This document shows positions 49,327 through 59,043 of a stretch of 64,000 nucleotides of DNA, one piece after another. Origin of the DNA: an uncultured Actinomycetota bacterium (lineage in GTDB: Bacteria > Actinomycetota > Actinomycetes > JAFAQI01); assembly GCA_963770565.1 (NCBI GenBank), contig CAVYQE010000011.1, forward strand, positions 64,001 through 128,000, in the 5' to 3' direction. The notes under the pieces are model-generated. The model had not been told where the DNA came from, ran no database searches, and saw only the letters and a list, made by a program, of their open reading frames with translations. Position numbers and translations under genes: made by a program. Every line of letters starts with the position of its first letter. Position 1 is the first letter of the stretch.

Positions 49327-50132
49327 GCTGGCAACCGCCGGGGCCGGCGCTGCTGTTCTGCCCGGGAGACCGACCGGACCGATTCGCGAAGGCGGCGGCG
49401 ATCGCCGACGCGGTCATCGTCGATCTCGAGGACGGTGTTGCGCCGGCCGACAAACCGGCGGCCCGGCTCGCGTTGGCACCGGCCGGGCTCGATCCGGACC
49501 GCACAGTGGTCCGGATCAACCCGGTCGGTACGGCGGACCATGCACTCGACCTGGCCGCACTCGCCGGCACGCCGTACCGCGTGGTGATGCTCGCGAAAAC
49601 CGAGACCGCAGAACAGGTTCAGGGCCTTGCGCCGCGAGCGGTGGTGGCGCTCTGCGAGACTCCGGCCGGCATCCTTGCCGCCGCCGACATCGCGGCGGCC
49701 TCGGCCGCAGTGATGTGGGGTGCGGAGGACCTCATCGCCGGGCTGGGTGGCCGGTCGAGCCGGCGCGCGGACGGCTCCTTTCGCGACGTCGCATCTCATG
49801 CCCGTTCACAGGTGCTGCTGGCGGCCGGTGCGGCCGGGGTGCCTGCGATCGACACGATCCACGTCGACTTCACCGACCTGAGCGGGCTGGCCGCGCAGGC
49901 CGATGACGCGGCCGGCTCAGGGTTCGCAGCGTTGGCGTGCATCCATCCGCGTCAGGTCGATGTCGTTCGGGCCGCCTTCCGGGGCACCGACGAGGAAATC
50001 GCGTGGGCCCGCCGGGTGATCGGCGAGGCGGCCGGCCGGCCCGGCGCGTTTCGCTTCGAGGGACGGATGGTCGACGCGCCGGTCCTTCGTCACGCCGCGT
50101 TGATCGTCGCGCGGGCCGAGGGCCGCAGCTGA
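49323..50132 (+). CDS. CitE-like CoA-ester lyase (HpcH/HpaI family)
   Basis: DLEDGV, VRIN, ETPAG, WGAEDL, IHPRQV, GRMVDAP. Confidence 0.9.
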   Translation: MSWQPPGPALLFCPGDRPDRFAKAAAIADAVIVDLEDGVAPADKPAARLALAPAGLDPDRTVVRINPVGTADHALDLAALAGTPYRVVMLAKTETAEQVQGLAPRAVVALCETPAGILAAADIAAASAAVMWGAEDLIAGLGGRSSRRADGSFRDVASHARSQVLLAAGAAGVPAIDTIHVDFTDLSGLAAQADDAAGSGFAALACIHPRQVDVVRAAFRGTDEEIAWARRVIGEAAGRPGAFRFEGRMVDAPVLRHAALIVARAEGRS

Positions 50133-50162
50133 CCGGTCTGATCCAATCGGTCGGGGGTCTGC

Positions 50163-50930
50163 TCAGCCCATCCGTACGGTCGCCGAGGTGCCGAACCGTT
50201 GCGCCACACCGATCTTGAGGCTGGTCAGCCGTTCTTTCGTCAAGGCGCTTCCGGCGACGACGAGCGCGCGTTGCGCCGCGCCGTCACCGCCGAACGCCTT
50301 GATCGCCAGCTCGGGGTAGACGTTCGCAACTGCGAGGAGCGCTCCGGCACAGCCCAGAGCGCCGGCGACCAGGGTCAGGCTGTGCGCGCCGGTGTAGATC
50401 GCGCCCGGGAACGTCTCGAGCTCGTCGTAGAGCCGGCCGATGTCGCCGCTGGAGTCCTTGATCCCGGCCACCGGGAGCCCGGCCAACGTGTCGACGCCGA
50501 TCCCGGGCGCGGACGCGAACGGATAGTGATAAGCGAGCAGCGGCGTCGAGCCGGCCGTCTTCGCCAGCGCCTCGTAGTACGGCCTCGGGTCGGCGCTTCC
50601 CGGTGGGGACAGCGCGAGCACCGCATCGGCGCCGGCATCGCACACCGCAGTCGTGATCTCGACGGCTTGGCGGGTCGACGGCGCACCAGCACCGGCAAGG
50701 ACGGCGACTCCGGCCGGCAGTGCGGCGCGCACCGCACGGACCAGGTCGGCCCGCTCCTTGAGGCTCAGCGAGCCTGCTTCTCCGGTCGTGCCCGCCACCA
50801 GGAATGACACCAGGCCGGTCTCGGCGAGCTGCGCGGCGAGGTCGGCGGTGGCTTTGGCATCGACCTCGCCGGCCGGGTCGAACACGGTGACGAGCGCCGC
50901 TCCCACGCCGGCTGGAAGTGCACTCGACAT
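50163..50930 (-). CDS. Dihydrodipicolinate synthase/NAL family aldolase
   Basis: GTTGE, YHYP, GIKDSSGD Schiff-base lysine. Confidence 0.88.
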   Translation of the reverse strand: MSSALPAGVGAALVTVFDPAGEVDAKATADLAAQLAETGLVSFLVAGTTGEAGSLSLKERADLVRAVRAALPAGVAVLAGAGAPSTRQAVEITTAVCDAGADAVLALSPPGSADPRPYYEALAKTAGSTPLLAYHYPFASAPGIGVDTLAGLPVAGIKDSSGDIGRLYDELETFPGAIYTGAHSLTLVAGALGCAGALLAVANVYPELAIKAFGGDGAAQRALVVAGSALTKERLTSLKIGVAQRFGTSATVRMG

Positions 50931-50989
50931 CCGCGGACCCCCTTCGCCCACTCGCATCGGGATTGTCGCAATTGCGCTCGACGGATCCC

Positions 50990-51060
50990 TTGACACCGGA
51001 CCTGCCGAGCGTTAAACCGTCAACACGCAAAATAACAACTTTATAGCCGACTTAGTTGAT
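50990..51060 (+). promoter_or_regulatory. Putative promoter TTGACA-N17-TAAACC with AT-rich operator-like region
   Basis: -35 at 50990, -10 at 51013; imperfect IR AACAACT...AGTTGAT downstream. Confidence 0.45.
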
Positions 51061-51086
51061 CACTGGTCGAGGGGGAGTTGCCGACG

Positions 51087-51869
51087 ATGGGAAAACTTGA
51101 CGGCCGCGTCGCGATTATCACCGGCGCGGGCAGCGGGCAGGGGGCCGCTGCGGCCCGGTTGTTCGCGAGTGAGGGGGCCGCCGTTGTCGTCGCCGAGGTC
51201 AACGAGGAGACCGGCAAGCAGGTCGCGGACGAGGTGACCGGCGCGGGTGGTACCGCGGTCTTTTCGCCGTGTGACGTCTCCAGTGCCGAGCAGGTCAAGG
51301 CGACCGTCGACCTCGCGGTCGGCGAGTACGGCCGGCTCGACGTGCTCTATAGCAACGCCGGGCTGTGGTTCTCCGCGCAGGGCAACTACCGGCCGGGGAT
51401 CACCGACGCCCCCTCTCCGCTGCTCGAGGAGAACATCTGGAACCGCACGATCGATGTCAACCTCAAGGGCACCTACCTCGGCGCGAAGTACGCGATCCCG
51501 GAGATGAAGAAGGTCGGTGCCGGCTCGATCATCAACGTTTCGAGCATCGCCGCGCTGCGGGTCGGCTCCGGCGCCTCGGATGCCTACACCGCCGCCAAGG
51601 GCGGGATTGCGACCATGACCAGGACCCTGGCGATCGAGCACGCGGAGTTCCAGATCCGGTGCAACTGCATCTTCCCCGGCGCGATCAAGACGCCGCTGGC
51701 CGGGCCGTTCACCCCCGAATACGAAGCGGCGGTCAAGAGCCACGTCCCGCTTGGCCGCTGGGGTCAACCCGAGGACGTCGCGAAGATGGCGCTGTTCCTC
51801 GCCTGCGACGACTCGTCGTGGGTGACCGGCCAGTTCTTCGTGGTCGACGGCGGCTACACCGCGAAATGA
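51087..51869 (+). CDS. Short-chain dehydrogenase/reductase
   Basis: TGAGSGQG, NAG, YTAAK, PGAIKT, VDGG. Confidence 0.95.
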   Translation: MGKLDGRVAIITGAGSGQGAAAARLFASEGAAVVVAEVNEETGKQVADEVTGAGGTAVFSPCDVSSAEQVKATVDLAVGEYGRLDVLYSNAGLWFSAQGNYRPGITDAPSPLLEENIWNRTIDVNLKGTYLGAKYAIPEMKKVGAGSIINVSSIAALRVGSGASDAYTAAKGGIATMTRTLAIEHAEFQIRCNCIFPGAIKTPLAGPFTPEYEAAVKSHVPLGRWGQPEDVAKMALFLACDDSSWVTGQFFVVDGGYTAK

Positions 51870-53341
51870 GCGCGGTGGTGACCGATCTCGACGGCGGGCG
51901 GGCCACCGCGCTCCGCATCGGCGGCGAGGATGTCGGGCCACTGAGCGGGCGAACGTACGTCGTTGACAACCCCGCGACCGGCGGTGTGGTCGCCGAGGTG
52001 GCCGATGCCGGCGCGGCCGATGTCGACCGCGCGGTCGGGGTGGCGCGGCGCAGCTTCGTCGAGGGCGGCTGGCGGCGGCTGCCGGCCCCGCGCCGCGGCG
52101 AGATCCTTCGTGTCGTCGCGGGTCTGCTCGAGGCCCGCGAGTCCGAGCTCGCCCGGATGGAGTCGCTGTGCTCGGGCAAGGCGATCGCCGACTGTCGTGC
52201 CGAAGTGCTTGCGGCGGCTCGATACTTCCGCTTCTACGGCTCGGCGGTCGACCATCTCACCGGGCAGACCATCCCGGTCAACAACACCGGTCTCGAGATA
52301 ACCCTGCGGGAACCGATCGGGGTCTGCGCGCTGATCGTCCCGTGGAACGGGCCGATTGCGGTCGCGGCGAAGAAGGCCGCGCCGGCACTCGCGGCCGGCA
52401 ACTCCGTGGTGCTCAAGCCGGCCCCGCCGACGCCGCTGACCGCGTTGGAGCTGGAGAAGCTCTGCCTGCAGGCCGGCGTGCCGGCCGGGGTGTTGAACGT
52501 GCTGACCGGATCGTCGCGGGAGCTCGGTCAGGCGCTCGTGTCGCATCCGGACGTCGCGAAGATCAGCTTCACCGGCAGCACGGCGACCGGGGTCGACATC
52601 CTCACCCGGGCCGCTGCGGGCATCAAGAGCGTGAGCCTGGAGCTCGGCGGCAAGTCGCCCAATGTCGTGTTCGCCGACGCGGACGTCGCAGAGGTTGCTG
52701 CCTCCGCGATCGGCGCGGTGTTCGCCAACTCCGGGCAGGACTGCTGCGCGCGCAGCCGGATGATCGTGCAGCGCCCGGTGTTCGACGAGTTCGTCGAACG
52801 GCTCGCGGAGCTCGCGAGCTCGGTCCGGCCGGGCGATCCGCTCGACCCGGCGACCCGGATCGGCAGCCTGATCTCTGCGGCTCAGCGCGACCGGGTGCTC
52901 GGCTTCCTGAGCCGGGCGAAGACGGACGGCGCCCAGGTGCTCTGTGGCGGGGAGGTCGTCGATGCGCCGGGACTGGAGGCGGGCAACGCGGTGTCGCCGG
53001 CGGTCGTGATCGACGCCGCTCCCGACGGCGAGCTGGCCACGGAAGAGGTCTTCGGCCCGGTCGCGACCGTGTTGCCCTTCGACGACGAAGCGGAGGCGAT
53101 CGCGCTTGCCAACGGGACGAAGTACGGGTTGAGCGGGTCGCTGTGGACGCGGGACCTCGGGCGGGCGATCCGGGTGGCCCGCGAGATCCGCTCCGGACTG
53201 CTGAGCATCAACTCCGATTCGAGCTCCTACATCCAGGCCCCGTTCGGCGGATACCAGCAGAGCGGGCTCGGCAAGGAGCAGGGCATGGCCGGGCTGCACG
53301 AGTTCACCGAGGTGAAGAGCGTCTATGTCAGCGACCACTAG
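51866..53341 (+). CDS. Aldehyde dehydrogenase
   Basis: IVPWN, FTGS, LELGGKSP, NSGQDC, EEVFGPV. Confidence 0.95.
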   Translation: MSAVVTDLDGGRATALRIGGEDVGPLSGRTYVVDNPATGGVVAEVADAGAADVDRAVGVARRSFVEGGWRRLPAPRRGEILRVVAGLLEARESELARMESLCSGKAIADCRAEVLAAARYFRFYGSAVDHLTGQTIPVNNTGLEITLREPIGVCALIVPWNGPIAVAAKKAAPALAAGNSVVLKPAPPTPLTALELEKLCLQAGVPAGVLNVLTGSSRELGQALVSHPDVAKISFTGSTATGVDILTRAAAGIKSVSLELGGKSPNVVFADADVAEVAASAIGAVFANSGQDCCARSRMIVQRPVFDEFVERLAELASSVRPGDPLDPATRIGSLISAAQRDRVLGFLSRAKTDGAQVLCGGEVVDAPGLEAGNAVSPAVVIDAAPDGELATEEVFGPVATVLPFDDEAEAIALANGTKYGLSGSLWTRDLGRAIRVAREIRSGLLSINSDSSSYIQAPFGGYQQSGLGKEQGMAGLHEFTEVKSVYVSDH

Positions 53342-53376
53342 CCCGGCTCACCGGGCACACCGGGAGGGGGTCCACC

Positions 53377-54051
53377 GTGTGTGAGATTCTCACCGTCTCC
53401 TGGCCGGACCCGCGTTCCTTCACCGAGCTGGCCGGATGGGCGCGGCTGATCGAGCACTATGGCCAGGGCCACTTCGGCTGGGGCGTCGCCTGGCTAGAAG
53501 ACGGCGCGGTGCACCACTACCGCGATCCGGGCCGGATGACCGCCGACCCGGACGGGTTGGACTACCTCGCGACCGTCTCCTCGACCCGGTTCCTGCTGCA
53601 TTTCCGTCGCCCGAGCAAGCTCTCGACGATCGGCTTGCCCGACACCCAGCCGTTCCTCGACGACGACCGCACCTTGGCATTCGTGCACAACGGCGGCTTC
53701 GCGCTCGAGCGGGAGCACCGCCCCGAGTACGCCGACCGGCTGGCCGGCAAGGCGGACAGCGAGCTCGGCTGGGTGATGTTGCAGGACCTGCTCGAGACCG
53801 GCGTCTCGCTGCCGGACGGGCTGGCGATGATTCACGCCAAGCTCGGCGGCAGCGCCAACCTTGTCACCTTAGACAGTGAGGGCACCTTCGTCGCCTATTG
53901 CGGTTATCCGGGCAACCGGTTCTGGCGCTTCCGCCTCGACGGCGCGGAGATGGCGGCCACCCAACTGCACTCGGCCGACGACTCGTTGTTCGACCTGGTC
54001 TTTACCGGTGCCACCGATCGATCGACGTTCGAAGGAGCGCTGGTGCTGTGA
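53377..54051 (+). CDS. Class II glutamine amidotransferase / Ntn hydrolase (EgtC/YafJ-like)
   Basis: Starts M-C (N-terminal Cys nucleophile) after a GGAGG RBS; GWGVAW, TQPF, HNG, DSE. Confidence 0.8.
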   Translation: MCEILTVSWPDPRSFTELAGWARLIEHYGQGHFGWGVAWLEDGAVHHYRDPGRMTADPDGLDYLATVSSTRFLLHFRRPSKLSTIGLPDTQPFLDDDRTLAFVHNGGFALEREHRPEYADRLAGKADSELGWVMLQDLLETGVSLPDGLAMIHAKLGGSANLVTLDSEGTFVAYCGYPGNRFWRFRLDGAEMAATQLHSADDSLFDLVFTGATDRSTFEGALVL

Positions 54052-54857
54052 GCGCTGCCGGGGCGCCGCTGGGCGAGGTGTCGCCCGTCGACGTCCGGTC
54101 GACCGCGGCCACGGTCGGCCACGTCGGCCCGCGCGGTACCCCGCCGTTGCGCCAGCGCCTCGGCGAGCAGGTCGCCGGCCTGTTGCTGACCGCGATCCGG
54201 CTGTACGAGTTCCTGCCCGACGAGCGGCTTCCTTCCGAGGCCGAGCTGTGCAGCCAGCTCGGGGTCAACCGGATGGCGATCCGGGAGGGATTGCGCTGGC
54301 TCGAGGACCAGCAGTACATCCAGATGAGACGCGGCCGCTACGGCGGTGCCTACGTGATCGCCACCGGCCTCGACGTCGCGGTGGAGCGGATCCGGGGCAA
54401 GGCGGCCAACCTCGCCGAGCTGCTCGAATACCGCCGGGCGATCGAGCCGGTTGCCTCCGGGCTGGCAGCGACCCGGATCGGCGAGCGCGAGCTGGGTCGG
54501 CTCGAGCGGCTGCACGCGCAGGAGACCCAGGAACCGCCGATCGACCGGAGCCGGATGCGCGCGGTCGACGTCGCGTTCCACAAGATCATCGTCTCGGCGA
54601 CCCGCAACGAATATCTGATCGCCGCGGTCAAGGACATCCGGATCTGGATCGCGCCCGGCCTCGACCTGCTCGACCGGTCGCCGGAACGCGGCCGCAAGTC
54701 GATCGAGTGTCACGGCCGGTTGATCCAGTGCCTGCGCGACCACGACAGTGCCGGCGCTCAGGCGGTCATGTCGGAGCACATCGCCGTGACCGAGCAGGCG
54801 GTCCTCGACGCTCTGGTTGCCCAGGGCCTCACCGAGGAGCACGCCAATGAGCGTTGA
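54048..54857 (+). CDS. GntR/FadR family regulator (FCD domain)
   Basis: LPSEAELCSQLGVNRMAIREGL; DVAFH...N...H...H. Confidence 0.92.
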   Translation: MSAAGAPLGEVSPVDVRSTAATVGHVGPRGTPPLRQRLGEQVAGLLLTAIRLYEFLPDERLPSEAELCSQLGVNRMAIREGLRWLEDQQYIQMRRGRYGGAYVIATGLDVAVERIRGKAANLAELLEYRRAIEPVASGLAATRIGERELGRLERLHAQETQEPPIDRSRMRAVDVAFHKIIVSATRNEYLIAAVKDIRIWIAPGLDLLDRSPERGRKSIECHGRLIQCLRDHDSAGAQAVMSEHIAVTEQAVLDALVAQGLTEEHANER

Positions 54858-56223
54858 GAGCCTGCCACGTCGGATGGCCGCCGAGTCCGCGAGTGCCGCT
54901 CCCGCGATCATGGCGCGGATCGCGGCCGCGGGCATCTCCAACGTCCGGCTCGTGATCACCGACATGTACGGCGTACCGCGCGGGAAGGTCCTCAGCATCG
55001 AGCGCTTCGAGCGCGCACTGCACGAGGGGCATCCGTGGGCGATCCCGTTGCTGGCCTGCAACCTGTGGGAGCAGCACTCGCCGGGTGAGCGGACCTTCAG
55101 CGACGACATCGGCTATCGCAACGGGGTGTTGTACTGCGATCCGCGGACGTTCACGGAGCTGCCCTGGACGCCCGGCACTGCGCACGTGCTGACCGACCTC
55201 TTCGACGCGGACGACGAGGTCATGCCGACGCCGCGATCGGTGCTTCGCCGCGTCATCGACGACGCGCGGGCCAGCGGCGTCGAGCCGGTGTTCGGCAGCG
55301 AGCTGGAGTTCTACGTCTTCGAACCCGGCACGGCGGGTGAGTTCGTCCCGATCCTCGGGCCGCAGTCATGGTTCTCGATCCACGCCGTCGGCGTTGCGCA
55401 GGAGTTCGTCGACACCCTCGAGCGAACGCTGACCGCGATGGGGCTCGAGGTGTACGAAATCTTCGCCGAGCACGGCGCCGGGCAGTTCGAAATCAACTTC
55501 GAGCCGGGCACCGACGTCCTCGCGATCGACCGCGTCGTCGCGGCCAAGATCGCGATCAAGGAGGTCGCGCGGTCACTCGGCTTGCGGGCGACGTTCATGG
55601 CCAAGCCGACCAACCGGGTCGACACCCCGCCGAGCGGCTATCACCTTCATCAGACCGGGCTCGGCCCGGCCGGCGAGAACCTGTTCCGGGACGACGATGC
55701 GCCGGACGGCCTTTCGGTGATGGCGCACCACTACATCGCCGGCCACCTCCTGCACGCGCCGGCGATGACCGGCGCGGTCGCGGGCACTGTCACGTCGTAC
55801 AAGCGCTACCAGATCGGCACCTGGGCGCCGGTGCAGATCGCCTGGGGCTGGGAGAACCGGACCGCACTCGTGCGCGGCCTCCCGGCCGGTGCGAACACCC
55901 GGATCGAGAACCGGCTCGGTGGCTCGGACACCAACCCCTACACGCTGGCCGCGGTCATGGTCGCCGCCGGCATGGACGGCGTGCGAAAGGGCCTGGACCC
56001 CGGGCCACCGGCACAGGCCAACTTGTTCAAAGAGATCACTTTCCCGCGCCTGCCGGCCAACCCGATCGAAGGTCTCGACGCCTTCCTGGCCGATCACGAC
56101 CTCGTGCAGGCGCTGGGCGAGACCTTTGCCACCACCTACGCCGAACTCCTCCGCTTCGACTGGCAGCGCTACCTCAGCCACGTCAGCGACTGGGAGATCG
56201 ACGAATACCGAGAAATGCTCTGA
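54847..56223 (+). CDS. Glutamine synthetase-like gamma-glutamyl ligase
   Basis: ELEF, GQFEINF, FMAKP, SGYHLH, ENR; GTWAP replaces the GYEAP flap of true GS. Confidence 0.88.
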   Translation: MSVESLPRRMAAESASAAPAIMARIAAAGISNVRLVITDMYGVPRGKVLSIERFERALHEGHPWAIPLLACNLWEQHSPGERTFSDDIGYRNGVLYCDPRTFTELPWTPGTAHVLTDLFDADDEVMPTPRSVLRRVIDDARASGVEPVFGSELEFYVFEPGTAGEFVPILGPQSWFSIHAVGVAQEFVDTLERTLTAMGLEVYEIFAEHGAGQFEINFEPGTDVLAIDRVVAAKIAIKEVARSLGLRATFMAKPTNRVDTPPSGYHLHQTGLGPAGENLFRDDDAPDGLSVMAHHYIAGHLLHAPAMTGAVAGTVTSYKRYQIGTWAPVQIAWGWENRTALVRGLPAGANTRIENRLGGSDTNPYTLAAVMVAAGMDGVRKGLDPGPPAQANLFKEITFPRLPANPIEGLDAFLADHDLVQALGETFATTYAELLRFDWQRYLSHVSDWEIDEYREML

Positions 56224-56234
56224 GGGGAACCGCG

Positions 56235-57428
56235 ATGTCCGACGTTGCAGCCGCGCGCGAGGTGGCGCAGGGTGGCGCGCGCGCTCGGGCCGAAGCGGTC
56301 GAGGCTCCGATCAGGGTGGCGCACGCCGAGGTGTTCATGCTCCGGCTGCCGTTGATCCGCGCCTTTCGCACCGCGTACGGCCCGTCGTCGACGGTCAAGC
56401 GGACGATCGTCGTCCGGCTCGAGGATCGCGACGGAGTGGTCGGCTGGGGCGAGGCACCGATCTCGGAACGCCCGTTGTACGGCATCGACACCCCCGAAGG
56501 CACCTGGTCCGCTCTGGCAGACCTGCTGGTGCCGATGATCGTGAACGAGACCTTCGACCGACCCGCTGAAGCGGTCGGGACGTGGTCGGCGATTCTCGGC
56601 CAGCACTACGCCAAGGTCGCCCTCGAATCGGCGATCTGGGCGATCGCGTCGGCCCGGCTGGAGACGCCGCTGGCCGCGCTGTGGGGTGGAGTCCGGGCCG
56701 AGGTCCCGGTCGGCGAGAGCTATGCGATCTACGACAGCATCGAGATCCTGCTGAGCGAGGTCGCGGCTCGCACCGCAGAGGGCTTCGCGCGGGTCAAGCT
56801 GAAGATTGCACCGGGCTGGGACGTTGCTGCGGTCCGCGCGGTGCAGCAGGAATTCCCGGATCTGCCGGTGTCGGTCGACGCGAACTGCGGCTACGACCGG
56901 GTCGAGGGCCCTTGGCAGGAGTTGGACGAGCTCGGGCTGATCATGATCGAGCAACCGCTCGCCGGCGACGCCCTGCTCGAGATGGCGCGGCTGCAAAGCT
57001 CACTTCGCACGCCGTTGTGCCTGGACGAGAGTGCATCGACCTTCAACACCACCCGCACCGCGTTGCAGCTGGGCGCGGGCCGAATCGTCAACATCAAGCC
57101 GCCCCGCCTCGGCGGCCTGTTGTCGAGCATGTCGGTGCACGACCTCTGCGTCGCGCAAGAGGTACCGGTGTGGTGCGGCGGGATGCTCGAGACCGGAATC
57201 GGACGTGCCTTCAATCTCGCGATCGCCGCACTGCCCGGATTCACGATGCACGCCGACATGTCTCCGGCCCGGATGTTCTACGAGCGTGACCTGGTCGAGC
57301 CGACCTTCGACGTCACCCCGAACGGGCACATCCCGGTGCCGACCCGAGCCGGCAACGGGTTTCCGGTCATCGAGGCTCGGGTTCACGACTGCGCGATACG
57401 GAGGTGGGCCTATGACCGGGGCACCTGA
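56235..57428 (+). CDS. o-succinylbenzoate synthase (MenC-like) / N-acylamino acid racemase, enolase superfamily
   Basis: KLKIAPGWD, VDAN, IEQP, LDES, NIKPPRLGG, WCGGMLETGIGRA. Confidence 0.88.
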   Translation: MSDVAAAREVAQGGARARAEAVEAPIRVAHAEVFMLRLPLIRAFRTAYGPSSTVKRTIVVRLEDRDGVVGWGEAPISERPLYGIDTPEGTWSALADLLVPMIVNETFDRPAEAVGTWSAILGQHYAKVALESAIWAIASARLETPLAALWGGVRAEVPVGESYAIYDSIEILLSEVAARTAEGFARVKLKIAPGWDVAAVRAVQQEFPDLPVSVDANCGYDRVEGPWQELDELGLIMIEQPLAGDALLEMARLQSSLRTPLCLDESASTFNTTRTALQLGAGRIVNIKPPRLGGLLSSMSVHDLCVAQEVPVWCGGMLETGIGRAFNLAIAALPGFTMHADMSPARMFYERDLVEPTFDVTPNGHIPVPTRAGNGFPVIEARVHDCAIRRWAYDRGT

Positions 57429-57537
57429 CGTGCCAACGGCGTAGCCGCAGCGGGAGAAGACCGGGGGATCGGGTGCCCGGTGGCAGAAGGCAATGCGGAT
57501 CCAGTCGAAAGATCGTCAGTCGGGTGAAGGGGAATCC

Positions 57538-59043
57538 ATGACCACCAGTGAAGCGGAAGGCAGAGCCGACCAGGACCTGCTGACCAAGTTCGGATACAAG
57601 CAGGAGCTCAGGCGCACGCTTGGGTTGTTCTCGATCTTTGCCATCTCGTTCTCTGTCATTTCGGTGACCACCGGCATCTTCACCAACTTCAGCTTCGCGA
57701 TCGGTGAGTTCGGAACGGCATCGATCTGGCTGTGGCCGGTTGCCGCAACGTTCGCAATGATCCTTGCGTTCGTGCTCGCCGAACTTGGATCGCGGATCCC
57801 GCTCGCGGGCTACTCCTACCAGTGGGGCGGCCGCCTGGTCGGACCAGGCTTCGGGTGGTTCGTCGGCTTCAACCTGCTCTGTGCCTTCACGCTTGCCAGC
57901 GGCGGCGAGACTCTGTTGCTGCTGTCGCCGACGATCGGCAACGTTCTGAGCCTCAACGACAACAACCAGAACCTGATGATCTTCGTGTCGGTCATCGTGC
58001 TGCTGCTGGCCGGGCTCATCAACGTGGTCGGTGTCCGGCTCACCGCCAAGATCAACAACTGGTCGTTCGCGACCGAGATCCTCGGCACCTTGGTGCTCGG
58101 GATCATCGTGATGACCGCGTTCCTGATCAAGACGCCGCACATCCACGGCGCCGGATTCATCTTCCACCACGGCCCGCTGCACGGACAGGCTGCGTGGTAC
58201 GCCGCGTCGCTCGCGCTGCTGATGGGTGCCTTCACGATCGGTGGGTTTGAGTCCTGCGCCGACCTCGGTGAGGAAGCGATCGGTGCGCAGCGAACGGTCG
58301 CGCGCGGCATGCTCGGCGCGGTGGCGATCTCCGGCGTCGTCGGAATGGTCACGCTGGTCCTGCTCGCCTACGGCATCCCGAACGTCGCGAACACCGCGGC
58401 AAGCGGTACTCCGATCGCCTTCATTGCGAACTACTGGTTCGGTTCGGCGTTCACCCGGATCTTCCTGGTGACGGTGGCCTACTCGGTGTTCGCGCTGATG
58501 GTCGTCCAGATCGCGGCGATCGGCCGGCTGATCTACTCGCTGTCGCGGGACAACATGTTCCCGGGCTCGTCGTACTTCAGCAAGGTCAACCACGACACCA
58601 GGACACCGGTCAACGCGCTGACCCTGACGACCGTGCTGTACATCGCGGTCATGGTCTACGCGGCGAAGGCCGGCGATGCATACTTCTCGCTGATCGGTGC
58701 GACCCCGATCTTCGCCAGCATCGTCTACATCCTGATCGTGGGGGCATACGCCTGGCGCCGCGACCACATCGAGAAGTCGCCGTCGTTCGACCTCGGCAAG
58801 TGGGCGAAGCCGCTGATCGTCATCTCCATCCTCTGGGAGCTGGCGCTGATCATCGACTTCACGCTGCCGGAGATCTACCACAAGGCCGCGAAGATCGCGA
58901 TCGTCGGCCAGCTCGTCGCAGTGTTCTGGTACTACGTCCCGGGCGGTCTGCGGACCCGGCTGAAGGCCGGCACCGCGGGTCAGGCGCTTGCGCAAGGCCA
59001 GATGGCCGGCACCGAGGAGCTCGCGACCGCGGGAGGGAGCTGA
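57538..59043 (+). CDS. APC family amino acid/amine permease
   Basis: FGYKQELRR, FAISFS, AELGSRIP, GFESCADLGEEA, SRDNMFP. Confidence 0.93.
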   Translation: MTTSEAEGRADQDLLTKFGYKQELRRTLGLFSIFAISFSVISVTTGIFTNFSFAIGEFGTASIWLWPVAATFAMILAFVLAELGSRIPLAGYSYQWGGRLVGPGFGWFVGFNLLCAFTLASGGETLLLLSPTIGNVLSLNDNNQNLMIFVSVIVLLLAGLINVVGVRLTAKINNWSFATEILGTLVLGIIVMTAFLIKTPHIHGAGFIFHHGPLHGQAAWYAASLALLMGAFTIGGFESCADLGEEAIGAQRTVARGMLGAVAISGVVGMVTLVLLAYGIPNVANTAASGTPIAFIANYWFGSAFTRIFLVTVAYSVFALMVVQIAAIGRLIYSLSRDNMFPGSSYFSKVNHDTRTPVNALTLTTVLYIAVMVYAAKAGDAYFSLIGATPIFASIVYILIVGAYAWRRDHIEKSPSFDLGKWAKPLIVISILWELALIIDFTLPEIYHKAAKIAIVGQLVAVFWYYVPGGLRTRLKAGTAGQALAQGQMAGTEELATAGGS

